NCBI GenBank assembly: GCA_946965045.2
Contig: OX337228.1
Location: 496,001-560,000 of the forward strand
Source of the DNA: Epithemia pelagica
Lineage: Eukaryota; Protista; Bacillariophyta
Length of the DNA stretch: 64,000 bases
Direction of reading: 5' to 3'
Shown: piece by piece, positions 55,017 through 64,000 of the stretch
How positions within the stretch are numbered: the first letter of the stretch is position 1
Layout of the letters: each line of letters begins with the position of its first letter
Notes under the pieces: model-generated
What the model saw: the letters and a program-made list of their open reading frames with translations, nothing else
The model's database searches: none
What the model was told of the DNA's origin: nothing
Position numbers and translations under genes: made by a program

Positions 55017-58000
55017 TCAATGACCGCTATTGAGCTTGACCATCTTGCAGCTGCGTGAGCCAAAGTCAGGTACAGCCATGTACGATCCAACCTCGGAACG
55101 GGGGAGTCCAATGATACCCGCTCGTTCCCCCGCACGCACATTGATTGGTTCGTATTCGTCACCGGAATCGGAATCGTAGCCCACAATGAATGGGACATAG
55201 CGACCCGATAATCCGTGTCTTTGTCCTTGACTCGAAACGTACATGGCTCCATCCCATCCCAGATCCATGAGTTCGTCCATGCTGTAGCTGGCAATATGGC
55301 GAAATTTGCCAGTGGTTGGCTCTCGGGGCAGCTTACTACCTTCTTCCACATAGGGGGATTCGGCGTAGTCTCCGTCCTCGGATGGTAGGTAGGGAGTATA
55401 TTTACCCGGCTTGATCAAACGCGCGACTGCTTTTCGCTTCTTGCTGTACTTGAGATGCATGAATGCTTGCAAAGGATATTGCATGGATCTACCAGAGCGC
55501 ATGCTATGATATGTTCCTTCCAACGGATTTCGTCGAACCTCACCACGACGAGGGGGTTCGGTGCTGCTGTCCACAAAGAACGAGAAACGATCCTTGGGCA
55601 AAGAACCAAAGAATTCCTTCATGATCCCGGCGATACGTTCGACCATATCCCCACCCCCATCTCCATCAGGTTGATCCAATGTTGCAAGAAACATACCGAC
55701 GAAATGGGAGAGTCCTTGCATTGTAAAATTCAAATCGGACGCCAAAAAGCCTCCTGGTTTCATTTTGCGACCTCCCATGGTCCTTCCCATGCGTACCTCG
55801 TCTGGTGCTTCTTGCAATGCTTGTGAGATAATCCTGTTCCAACCCTTTACAAGCCGTATCCATGATCCCACCCATGAACGAAAAAAGAAGTGAGACTACG
55901 ATTGCCACGAATTCAAACGCATTGAGAATACGAGGGAGGAAAAACCAAACATACCATGCCTTCTCCAAGTACATGGAGAAACTCTAGTAAAATACCGCTC
56001 ACAACTGGGAAATTGATGGGGAGTACGTAATCTTCATCCTCATCCATGCTATCTCGCAACGTGTTGATCTGGACTATAATTTGTTCGGTGGAGGCCAGAT
56101 TTTTTCGTTCTTCTTTGGACGTTTTGTGGGAAACCGAGTACGCCACGACGTCGTCTTCACCGTCTAGAGTATCGTCTGGCGTCCAATCGCGCAACACAAG
56201 TCGACGGTACGACGAACAAAAGTCTTCCGGCTTGATTTCTTCCAGTGTCCTGTAAACCAATGAAAGTACCGTTGGTTTCTGTGAGTGTTTTACAATACTA
56301 TGTACACATGTCACTCAAGAAAGCACCGAAAAGTGGAAAAAGGGAAAACGCAGCATATCTCATCATCATCATACCTGAGACCTTGGTCCGGCAATCGGCT
56401 ATTCATTTGTGCACGTCGTTGCAGAGAGGCAGCAAAAGGCTCCTGCTCGTCACCACCCAATACGGAAGAGGCCTGCTGGGATGCCTGTGTCGAGCTCATA
56501 CCCCAGGCCATCCAAAACTGTTTGGAAAAGGAACCCTTTTCTAGGGCACGTCCTGCTACCCAGATTGCCTTGGTCTTGGAAAAGACCTGGTCGAGATTCT
56601 CCAGAAAGGGTATTTTTAGTTCATCCATCTGTGATGAAGACAGTTGGGATTTCATTGCATGATACAAGTGGAGGGTCATTCGAAGTTGTCCCAAGGAATC
56701 AATGGTAGCGGACCCAAGAGCGATGGAGCACATGTAGGTTCCATACAGCAGGTACTCTCCACCCACTACCGGGTTCCAAAAGGCCAGTCGCTCCGTTTCG
56801 GAAGGATCCAAAAAGGCTAGTCGAGCATCGTAGTTTGTGGCAGACACTGGCTGGGCAAAATGAACTACATTGCCAAACAGTTGTACATTGGCATAAAAGG
56901 TGGGCGCATTCTGTGTTCCAGGTGACGATGATGAGGATGATTTGGAAGGATCTTCCTGTATCCGCTGCAACTGCGAAAAGAGTTTGTTGTAGGATTGTTT
57001 GGTGTACGAGGCCAACCGTGCCAAATCTCCATTGCCTTGAATGACCAAAATGGCGGTGAGCATGGCATGCAGACCAAACGTGAGAGCGACTGGAACGGGC
57101 GCTGTGCAGTCCTGGCCACGGGTTCGGACCTGTTGATGCAGCATGTGGAGGACTGGGAGGAGTTGTGGGACCTCCGGCAATTGGTGCCAGGGAGCGGCCC
57201 ACGCAATGGCAATCAATTCGGGTAGAATTTTTCCCGCCAAGGTTTCGTCCAAATCTCCCCGAATGCCCGTGGCCGGACGGCGGAGTTCGTCAAATTCAAT
57301 GCCCCAAAAGCCGGGTCTCCCAATGAGCTTTTTGTTTGGTTCCACAATATCCAGGACCATTTGCACAATTTTTTGTGTATTCAAAATACACCGGTCTTGA
57401 CCAATATGGGGACTGGGTCCAAACCAGGAATGGGGTGGAGACGCACCGGCTTGTTGCAAATCCTGAATGAGCAAGGTATTGTTGCCGACTTCAAAGGCCA
57501 ACATGTTTTCATAGGCCATGGCTTGAAACACGACACGGGCAATTCGCTGCACAGCGGCATGTGGCAAACCCGTTTGTCGCACAAAACGTTGGACCTTTCC
57601 CGAAACTCGGTCGGCACCTCGATTGTGAAAGGCACATTCCACAATTTCGGCCACAAAGTTCAAGACCCGCACATGATGAGTGTCTTTTGAATTGTTGGTG
57701 GTTTTGTTCTGTGTCTGCGGTTGTGGCTGTTCTTGTTCCAAGGCTGCCACAGAGTGGGAAAAAAAGACGAGAGCCAGAACGTGATAAAAGGTCGACAAAT
57801 GTGGATGATTGGTGGCCAGCAAATTTTCTTCGACGCGGACCGTTTCAATGGCAAAATTGGTCACGGCCGTAACGTCCATGAGCAAATACATTTCACTCTC
57901 CTTGTACGTAATATTGTCCTTGTCCTTGTTGTTGCTATGTCCTCGAAGCAAATCTTTCAACAACTGGTAATGTCCATCCACCAGGTCCATCATATATTCC

Positions 58001-58908
58001 ATCGTTCGCAACAAGGACATGGCTTGAAACTTGTCACTGCCCTGGATCAAGTGCTCCTCAATGTCCAAATCTTGCTCCGGCGGTTCGATTGGTGGGGTTG
58101 GCATGTTGCCCTTTCGAATGTCTTGTTCGAGTGTTTCGAGTTCCTCTTCGTCTTCTTCTTCTTCTGGTTGATCGTCATTTTCTTCCAAAAGAAGAGCCTG
58201 AAACCGACCACCAATTCCATCCAACTCGTTTTGGTTCTTGTCTTCTTCTTGCACTTGTCGTTGTCGGTGGGCAAGGGCGGCGCTTCGAGCCATGCGGCGT
58301 GCCACAGACAAGACGGATCGACAATGTTTCAAGATTCCAATCATGTATTCATGACCACGATCTCCTTGTGTGCCTGGATATCGTTCGGCCGTCAAGAGTT
58401 GTCGATACCGAATACTCGTGTCCAAATCGTCCAAAATGTCCTTGGGTGCCACCACAATGGTGGTGTTGTGGTAGTGTTGTGTGTGATTGTGGCTCGCCCT
58501 ATCATGGTTGTTCTTGTCGTTGTCGTTGTGGTGATTGGCGTCCACCGCCACCATTGAGTGGTGAATGGTTTGTTCCAACACCCAATCGGCACCCTTTCGT
58601 AAATCATTCACCGCTCGAAACCGCCTCCCCATGGGACCCAACTGTCGCTTCATCCACTCACAAAATCGAGTGGTTGCTTGTTTGTAACGGGGATAATAGC
58701 CTCCCACCACCACATTGGCAGTATCCTCCTTGTGAAACGATGGCAACTGGGTGGAACCAAGCGTTTGAAATGGATCCTTCTTGTTGTTGTTGTCATTGGC
58801 CGTTTGTCGCGTGGATGGTGGGTGTGCGTTGGTGGGTGCTGTTTGGTGATGCTTTTTCTTTTTGTTTGTTTTCTTGCTATTCTTTTTCTTGTTGTTGTAG
58901 GGTGGCAT
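55017..58908 (-). CDS. DUF6604-like protein, multi-exon (intron 56250-56374 and a second near 55890-56000)
   Basis: N-terminal RYKQATTRFCEWM...GHEYMIGIL resembles DUF6604. The GTATGA donor and TTTACAG acceptor join ORF 56311..58941 in frame to TLEEIKPEDF; a second GT-AG intron would join ORF 55017..55871. Confidence 0.75.
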
Positions 58909-58918
58909 TGTGTTTTCT

Positions 58919-58995
58919 CCCTCTCTCTCTCTCGTTCGCACGCGATCTCTCTCTCTCTCTCTCCTTATCTCGATCTCTTTCTCTCACGATCTCTC
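58919..58995 (+). repeat. (CT)n-rich tract upstream of the DUF6604-like gene
   Basis: Several CT dinucleotide runs. Confidence 0.8.
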
Positions 58996-59174
58996 TGGCT
59001 GTCTCTTCCCCAATCACAAAAGGAGAGTGTCTCTTTCTATTCTATCTTCGTTGCTGAGAGTTTGTGAGAGTATAGTTGGTCCTCTCTCTCCCATTTCTGA
59101 TCTCGGTTCGAGAAGTATACGTGAGAAGTGTGAGAACTTCGCGGCGCTGATCTTCTGCTCCCGTTGTTTGCCTG

Positions 59175-59958
59175 CGCTGAGGAGTATACCCATAACTCGC
59201 TTCGTCAGTTTTTCGTCAAGATTTCGCTACAATAAGCGACCTTGACAGAATGACAATAATGATGACGCTTTTGTCGTCTGATGTGGGGAGAACCCAACTA
59301 ATGTTGTTGTTGTCGTTGTTGTTGATAGTTCTAGAATGACGGCCGGATACTGTTTTGTTCTAGATGTCTAATGCAATTCCATGGAACGGCGCTTCTTTCT
59401 TTTGCGTCACATATATATGCTGGGAGTAGCTAGAACATCACTTCTCTACTCTCGGAGCTCTCTAGGAGTATAGGAGTAGCTAGTGGAGTATACTGAGGTT
59501 ACCTTGAAGGGGTCATTGAATTGACTCCCACGGGTTCACCCGGTGTCCAATGTTTCTATAGTCTACACTATCTTTTGCCTCTACAGAAACGCTGAGGCGT
59601 ATACCATGTTGCTTCGTCACGTTTTTCGTCAAACTTTCGTCACAAGAGACCTTGACACTATGACAATGATGATGATGCTTTATATGTTGTTGTTGTTGTA
59701 AGAGTTTCAGAGTGACGGTCGGATACTTTGCTCTAGATATAATACTCCTACTATTCCCAATGGAACACCGTTTCATTATGTTCCGTCATATATATATGCT
59801 GGGAGTAGCTATAACTAGAACATTTCTCTAGGAGTAATAGCTAGCATAGTAGATGTGGCCGTTTCATTCCCAATCTGATCTGGTTTCTGTGGTGGCCTTG
59901 AAAGGGTCTTTACGTTGACTCCCACGGGTTCACCCGGTGTCCTATGTTTCTATAGTGC
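59175..59958 (+). repeat. Diverged tandem duplication, period ~415 bp
   Basis: Shared blocks GCTGAGG.GTATACC, GACCTTGACA, ATATATATGCTGGGAGTAGCTA and TTGACTCCCACGGGTTCACCCGGTGTCC.ATGTTTCTATAGT occur in both units. Confidence 0.85.
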
Positions 59959-60286
59959 TAGGAAGAAACGGTTACGGTTCACATATGTGGTCCACATCGT
60001 CGTCTCGTTGGCGGAGGTGACGGCCAAGACGCGACTACGAAAATGTTCCGCTACGGGAACATGTTGTGAGTCTTCCAATACTTGTACAGTGGAATACCTC
60101 CTCAAAATAAGTTGATCCTATCGACATTATCAACTATTATAGAATAAGACGAAGAGAATGCTCAACTTCGCTCTCCTTCGCATTCTAGTGTTCCAGCACA
60201 CCACACAAGTGCTCTTCTCACGGGCCGAAACGAGCTACCTTGGTACCAGTTGTTGTTGTCCAATCATCGGACCAATACTACTAGAA

Positions 60287-62338
60287 TCACACCGAATCCA
60301 CGGGCGACTCCTGTTTCTCTTCCATCAAAATGGCCAACTGCTCCTCGACAATGACTTGCAACTTGTCCGGCACTGTGGTGTCCTCTTGATGCTTTTCGAG
60401 TGATCCCAAGCCACTCAGAAATAATTCGCCGTTGGAATCTACGAGCACGTTTCGCCAGCGATTGTAAATATTTTCATATCGAAAGCCTCGTTGGGCAAAT
60501 CGATACAATTCTTCTTCCAACCTTTGTGCGATGGAATCGCGATCCTGGACCTGCGTTCCATAGGGCATGACCAAACAAGGGCGTCCGGCCAGATCCACCA
60601 CAGTGACATGAGGAAAGCGATCCTGGTAGAGCTGTCTCCAACGGTCCGCCTCTGCGTTTGCCACATCTCGACGAATTTTTTCAATCGCCTCGTTTTCGGC
60701 CGCTTCTCTGGCCCGGATGGTGGAAAGATGGGAAGGATAAACGTGGTAACACTTCAACGCGCAAACGCGGCAACTGGAATTGCAGGCAAGAATGACCGCT
60801 GCCTGATTTCCAACTCCCAGTTCACCCAAAAGATAGAACGTCTGCGACAAAGGATCCGGAAAATCCTGGAGATTGGCAGTGAACGCTTTCTTCTTTCCCC
60901 CCGTCGTAGTGTACAAAGGTGTCTTGATCCAAGTGAACAAGTTCTTGTCCATCTTGCACACAACCCTATTTCCCAGACACTCACCATGGCCAATGCGTGG
61001 GATATCGGTAGCAAAGATGGGCCCAACTTTTTGGTAAGCCATTTCAATGGCTTGAAGAAGAAAGGGAAAGACATGTCCATTCTCAAACACCTCTGAGTAA
61101 TAAACAACTCGGTCCACCTCTTTTTCTTCGAAAGCCTCCTTCTCAGTATCATCGGCGTCTTGCTTGAAGTGTGAGACAGAAACGATCTGGCGAATTGGGC
61201 TAGCGGTCTGCTCTTGGCACTCTTCAGGAACTTGGTGCACTCTGTAAGGCGGCGCTTTGTTGGTAGAAAGTGTTTGCTTGACATTTTCCAAAATATCCGA
61301 ATGCGCAGTGTCATTCTCAAAGCTGTCCAATGATGCGAGAACCATCTTGTTGTACGTCATGACTGCTGCAAGGGGTTGCTGGATGCCTGTGCTTTTCATT
61401 GCCAGCAAGTAGGACCAGATCTGACCGCTCGTGCTCTCTGACGTAAAGACCTTATCGTTGCGGTTTCCATCCTGCACATCCGGACTCTTTACGAGAATGG
61501 CCATTACGATCTTTCCCTTGAGTCGAAGCACAACGACACTGTCCGGCTTGATCAAAAAGATGGAAGGCTCCGTGTCCGACCGAACGTCACGCAGGTTTAA
61601 ACAGCAGAGAGCATCTCCAATCATACTATCGCAAAACCGTTGAACCCCGCATTCGTTGTAGTAATCGAACCCAAATGGTTCGCCATAACGTTCGGCTCCC
61701 AAGATACTTGGAATCAGTGCCTCTTCGACTCGGACGGGAATGCGAACGTCCGCTGGATGCACATGGTGCCCCGTACGGACCACAATCTTGGCTTGTGGAA
61801 TTCTTAGATGCCCTTGGACTTGTTGTTGTTTACTCTTGTCAAAATAGTTGATTTTTCGAGACTTTCCCAAGACACTGGGTGTTACGGCCTCGTTCAAGTT
61901 CAGAGGAGGAAGCCAAAAGTTTTTCTTCGCATCAAGGTACGTTCCCTCAATAGACCATTGACGAAGGCCTCGGGCTAAATCGTTTTCTGCTTTCAGTTTC
62001 AAGTTTTCCTCCTCTTTCGCTTTCTGTTGCTCATCTTTTGCTGCATTTGCCGCTTTCAGTTGTGAGTGTAATCTTATTTTTGCCGCCAGCTCCGCTTTCA
62101 GTTGTGAGTGTAATCTTATTTTTGCTGCCATTTCTTCTTGACGGCGCAATAGAAATATTTTCTGATCTAGTTCCAGATCGTCAAGGAATTCACGAATCTC
62201 ACTAGTGAGCCACCCCCGTGTCTCTGCCTCGTCCCAGAGCTCTTGATAAAGTTTCTGTTTCTTTGCCATCTCCTCCTCCGCTTCGTCGTCGCTTGGGTTG
62301 TCTATTTGCTTGCGCTTGGCCCTACTTGTTTCGCTCAT
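60287..62338 (-). CDS. Crinkler-like protein: coiled coil + REase-fold domain + degenerate protein-kinase domain
   Basis: KPD...AILVKSP...GQIWSYL REase-like region; LGELGVG...CALKCY...LVMPYG...RWRNVL kinase-like C-terminus; 42-bp in-frame duplication at 62050-62130; likely start MSETS at 62338. Confidence 0.7.
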   Translation of the reverse strand: MSETSRAKRKQIDNPSDDEAEEEMAKKQKLYQELWDEAETRGWLTSEIREFLDDLELDQKIFLLRRQEEMAAKIRLHSQLKAELAAKIRLHSQLKAANAAKDEQQKAKEEENLKLKAENDLARGLRQWSIEGTYLDAKKNFWLPPLNLNEAVTPSVLGKSRKINYFDKSKQQQVQGHLRIPQAKIVVRTGHHVHPADVRIPVRVEEALIPSILGAERYGEPFGFDYYNECGVQRFCDSMIGDALCCLNLRDVRSDTEPSIFLIKPDSVVVLRLKGKIVMAILVKSPDVQDGNRNDKVFTSESTSGQIWSYLLAMKSTGIQQPLAAVMTYNKMVLASLDSFENDTAHSDILENVKQTLSTNKAPPYRVHQVPEECQEQTASPIRQIVSVSHFKQDADDTEKEAFEEKEVDRVVYYSEVFENGHVFPFLLQAIEMAYQKVGPIFATDIPRIGHGECLGNRVVCKMDKNLFTWIKTPLYTTTGGKKKAFTANLQDFPDPLSQTFYLLGELGVGNQAAVILACNSSCRVCALKCYHVYPSHLSTIRAREAAENEAIEKIRRDVANAEADRWRQLYQDRFPHVTVVDLAGRPCLVMPYGTQVQDRDSIAQRLEEELYRFAQRGFRYENIYNRWRNVLVDSNGELFLSGLGSLEKHQEDTTVPDKLQVIVEEQLAILMEEKQESPVDSV

Positions 62339-62500
62339 ATTGGCAGTAGTTTCGTGGTGTGCTGTTGTTCTTGTGCGAGGCTCAACCTCCAACCGGGTTG
62401 GGTTTGCGGCGGAGAAGAAACAGTTGATCCATGATTGCACCAAAACTCAGTTTTTTGTGTGTATGGCGGGGTGTTTGTTGTTTGTGGTATTTGCGTCTTT

Positions 62501-62609
62501 TAGCTCCCAGCGGGGGTGAGTAGAGGTCGCTTATGAGTCGAGTTCTCCATCCGAATGCATCGAAGATGCTGACCAACCTGCGACCTAGACTCACCCTTTC
62601 TGGGGAGTA
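62501..62609. mobile_element. 109-bp mini-MITE with ~30-bp imperfect TIRs, TA at both ends
   Basis: TAGCTCCCAGCGGGGGTGAGTAGAGGTCGC vs reverse complement TACTCCCCAGAAAGGGTGAGTCTAGGTCGC (22/30 by eye). Confidence 0.6.
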
Positions 62610-62805
62610 AACCAAATCCGGCCCGGCCCGCACGGATTGGTTTTGTTGAGCTGAAGGAATGGCCTTACATATGCATTACGCAAAAAATGACTATCCGACC
62701 AATTCCCTATAGTAGTCTTCCTACCGAATATAGTGTCTTTGTGGATCGCCGACCGGTTTGGTCTGTGGATCTCTTCAATGTCGGTTCTCTCTATTCTACT
62801 ACCTA

Positions 62806-64000
62806 TTAGAATGTTCCGTTTGCCGTAACGCCTTCCTTTTGTGTGGATACCACCAAAGGTTCTTGTCGAAAGTCGTTGATGAAATGAAACAATTCCGGAT
62901 TGTTCATGGCAAAGGGATTGGCCGTTTCATTCTTGTCCAAATAATAGGCTCGTGTTTGTCGAATGGCCTCCGTGGCAATCCGATTCACGCGGGGTTGTCG
63001 TGTGGTTTCGTAGAGTCGCAAGGCACGAGCCGTCCATCCATTGTCTTGAATGGCATGGGCCAATGCCACGGCATCTTCCATGGCCGTGGGCGTTCCCATG
63101 GCCATGTTGGGTGGCATGACGTGGGCGGCATCGCCGACCATTGTGACACGTCCCCGTCCCCACGGCTTTCCCGGGGATCGCATATAAATGCCATGTTCCA
63201 AAATCGAGGCGGTGGCTTGTTGGCAGTGCTGGCGTAAAAACTGCACAATCTCGGAATCAAAATCGTCAAAGGCGTCCAAGAATCGTTCCCACCGTTGATC
63301 GTTGCAAGTCGTTCCACCAGTTGCGGCACCGTCCTCCTCACCAATGTACCGTTGTCGATCCAACAGATGCAAGTTCTCGACCGGCCAGGCCGCTTGTCCC
63401 GAGACATAGATTCGATCCTCTTGCATGCGTTGGACGGACAAAATCTTGCCATGGGCGGACCACACATTCAATTCGCCCACGGTTTGTAAATAGGTCGGCA
63501 ACGACGAAGACGACGACGCCGATACTGGAGGGATGGGTACAAAAAAGCGCCAAATGCAAGATCCGGCAAATTCTGGTTCGTCATCCGCACGCGATGATGA
63601 AAACAAGAGGGATCGGACGCGAGACAAGTTGCCATCGGCTCCAATCACAGTTCGGGCGCGACAGCTTTGTCCATTGGTAAACTGCAAGACAATACTATCG
63701 TCGTCGTCGTCCTGCTCTGTGAGTTCCACCAACTCATGGTCCAGCTTCACATCCACTGGAAAACTATCCTGATCGTCGTCGTCTGTCGCCGACAAGCAGT
63801 GCAACAAGGACTGTTGCAAGTCAAACCACGAAAGGACTTTAGGAGCCGTGTCGGGATTGTCAAAGGGAATTTCTTGAATGACCTTTCCCGTCAGACCGTC
63901 GAATCGTCGCAGGATGCGCCGAGGGACGGCCGCTTGTTGGACAGCCGTACAAACCTTGGGGTCCAAGGCTTGAAGGGCTTGGAATCCCACCGTCATGAAT
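62806..64000 (-). CDS. FAD-dependent monooxygenase (FAD_binding_3; salicylate hydroxylase/zeaxanthin epoxidase superfamily), 5' end outside window
   Basis: VIGADGNLSRVR (DG motif), GRVTMVGDAAHVMPPNMAMG...AMEDA (GD motif), LRLYETTRQPR. Confidence 0.92.
   Translation of the reverse strand, partial: FMTVGFQALQALDPKVCTAVQQAAVPRRILRRFDGLTGKVIQEIPFDNPDTAPKVLSWFDLQQSLLHCLSATDDDDQDSFPVDVKLDHELVELTEQDDDDDSIVLQFTNGQSCRARTVIGADGNLSRVRSLLFSSSRADDEPEFAGSCIWRFFVPIPPVSASSSSSLPTYLQTVGELNVWSAHGKILSVQRMQEDRIYVSGQAAWPVENLHLLDRQRYIGEEDGAATGGTTCNDQRWERFLDAFDDFDSEIVQFLRQHCQQATASILEHGIYMRSPGKPWGRGRVTMVGDAAHVMPPNMAMGTPTAMEDAVALAHAIQDNGWTARALRLYETTRQPRVNRIATEAIRQTRAYYLDKNETANPFAMNNPELFHFINDFRQEPLVVSTQKEGVTANGTF

Noticed and set aside
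20816-63772. Numerous 60-320 aa ORFs overlapping real genes (e.g. 21256..21906, 57721..58557, 58089..59057, 60491..61096)
   Set aside because: Antisense or off-frame shadows of longer motif-bearing ORFs, or low-complexity CAA/GTT tracts.
1-64000. Fanzor/TnpB, Cas, tyrosine recombinase or viral genes; rRNA/tRNA genes; telomeric arrays
   Set aside because: No RuvC, YR, capsid or polymerase motifs in the ORF track; no cloverleaf, rRNA signature or telomere repeat tract seen by eye.
51611-64000. Biosynthetic gene cluster (O-methyltransferase + FAD monooxygenase + glycosyltransferases)
   Set aside because: Genes are far apart, separated by unrelated genes and TEs, several are disrupted, and no core synthase is present.

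Overview
Eukaryotic, transposon-dense 64-kb window, most likely from a pennate diatom or related stramenopile. This is an inference from CoDi-type Copia elements, Crinkler-like genes, a DUF6604-like gene and short GT-AG introns. Mobile elements: a degenerate Ty3/Gypsy element (10609-15788) with an inverted partial copy (1-2421); two full-length Ty1/Copia elements (25078-31375, 36466-42773); two PIF/Harbinger copies (transposase plus convergent partner ORF); a 3-kb non-autonomous element with long inverted arms; hAT-type MITEs; a solo-LTR-like insert; and ~100-bp mini-MITEs. Many of these are nested in each other's termini. Large rearrangements: one inverted duplication (1-4171 vs 9251-12632) and two direct ones (4172-10239 vs 44293-51249; 15920-18757 vs 54945-57750). 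Host genes, many disrupted: DUF6604-like gene plus partial copy, kelch protein, GT10 fucosyltransferase-like gene plus 5' fragment, another type II membrane protein, two Crinkler-like proteins, an O-methyltransferase and an FAD monooxygenase. Top signals: (1) two homologous 150-175 nt rod hairpins (3254-3405, 51254-51427) with changed stems but repeated, conserved 5x5 GNGRA/GNCRA internal loops, one inside a 374-bp insertion with a TSD; (2) a Copia lineage combining CA/CG...TG LTR ends, 4-bp TSDs, an anticodon-arm-like PBS, an in-frame gag-UGA-CG-pol junction and a chromodomain-like integrase C-terminus. No CRISPR, rRNA, tRNA or telomeric array was seen. All alignments and folds were done by eye.
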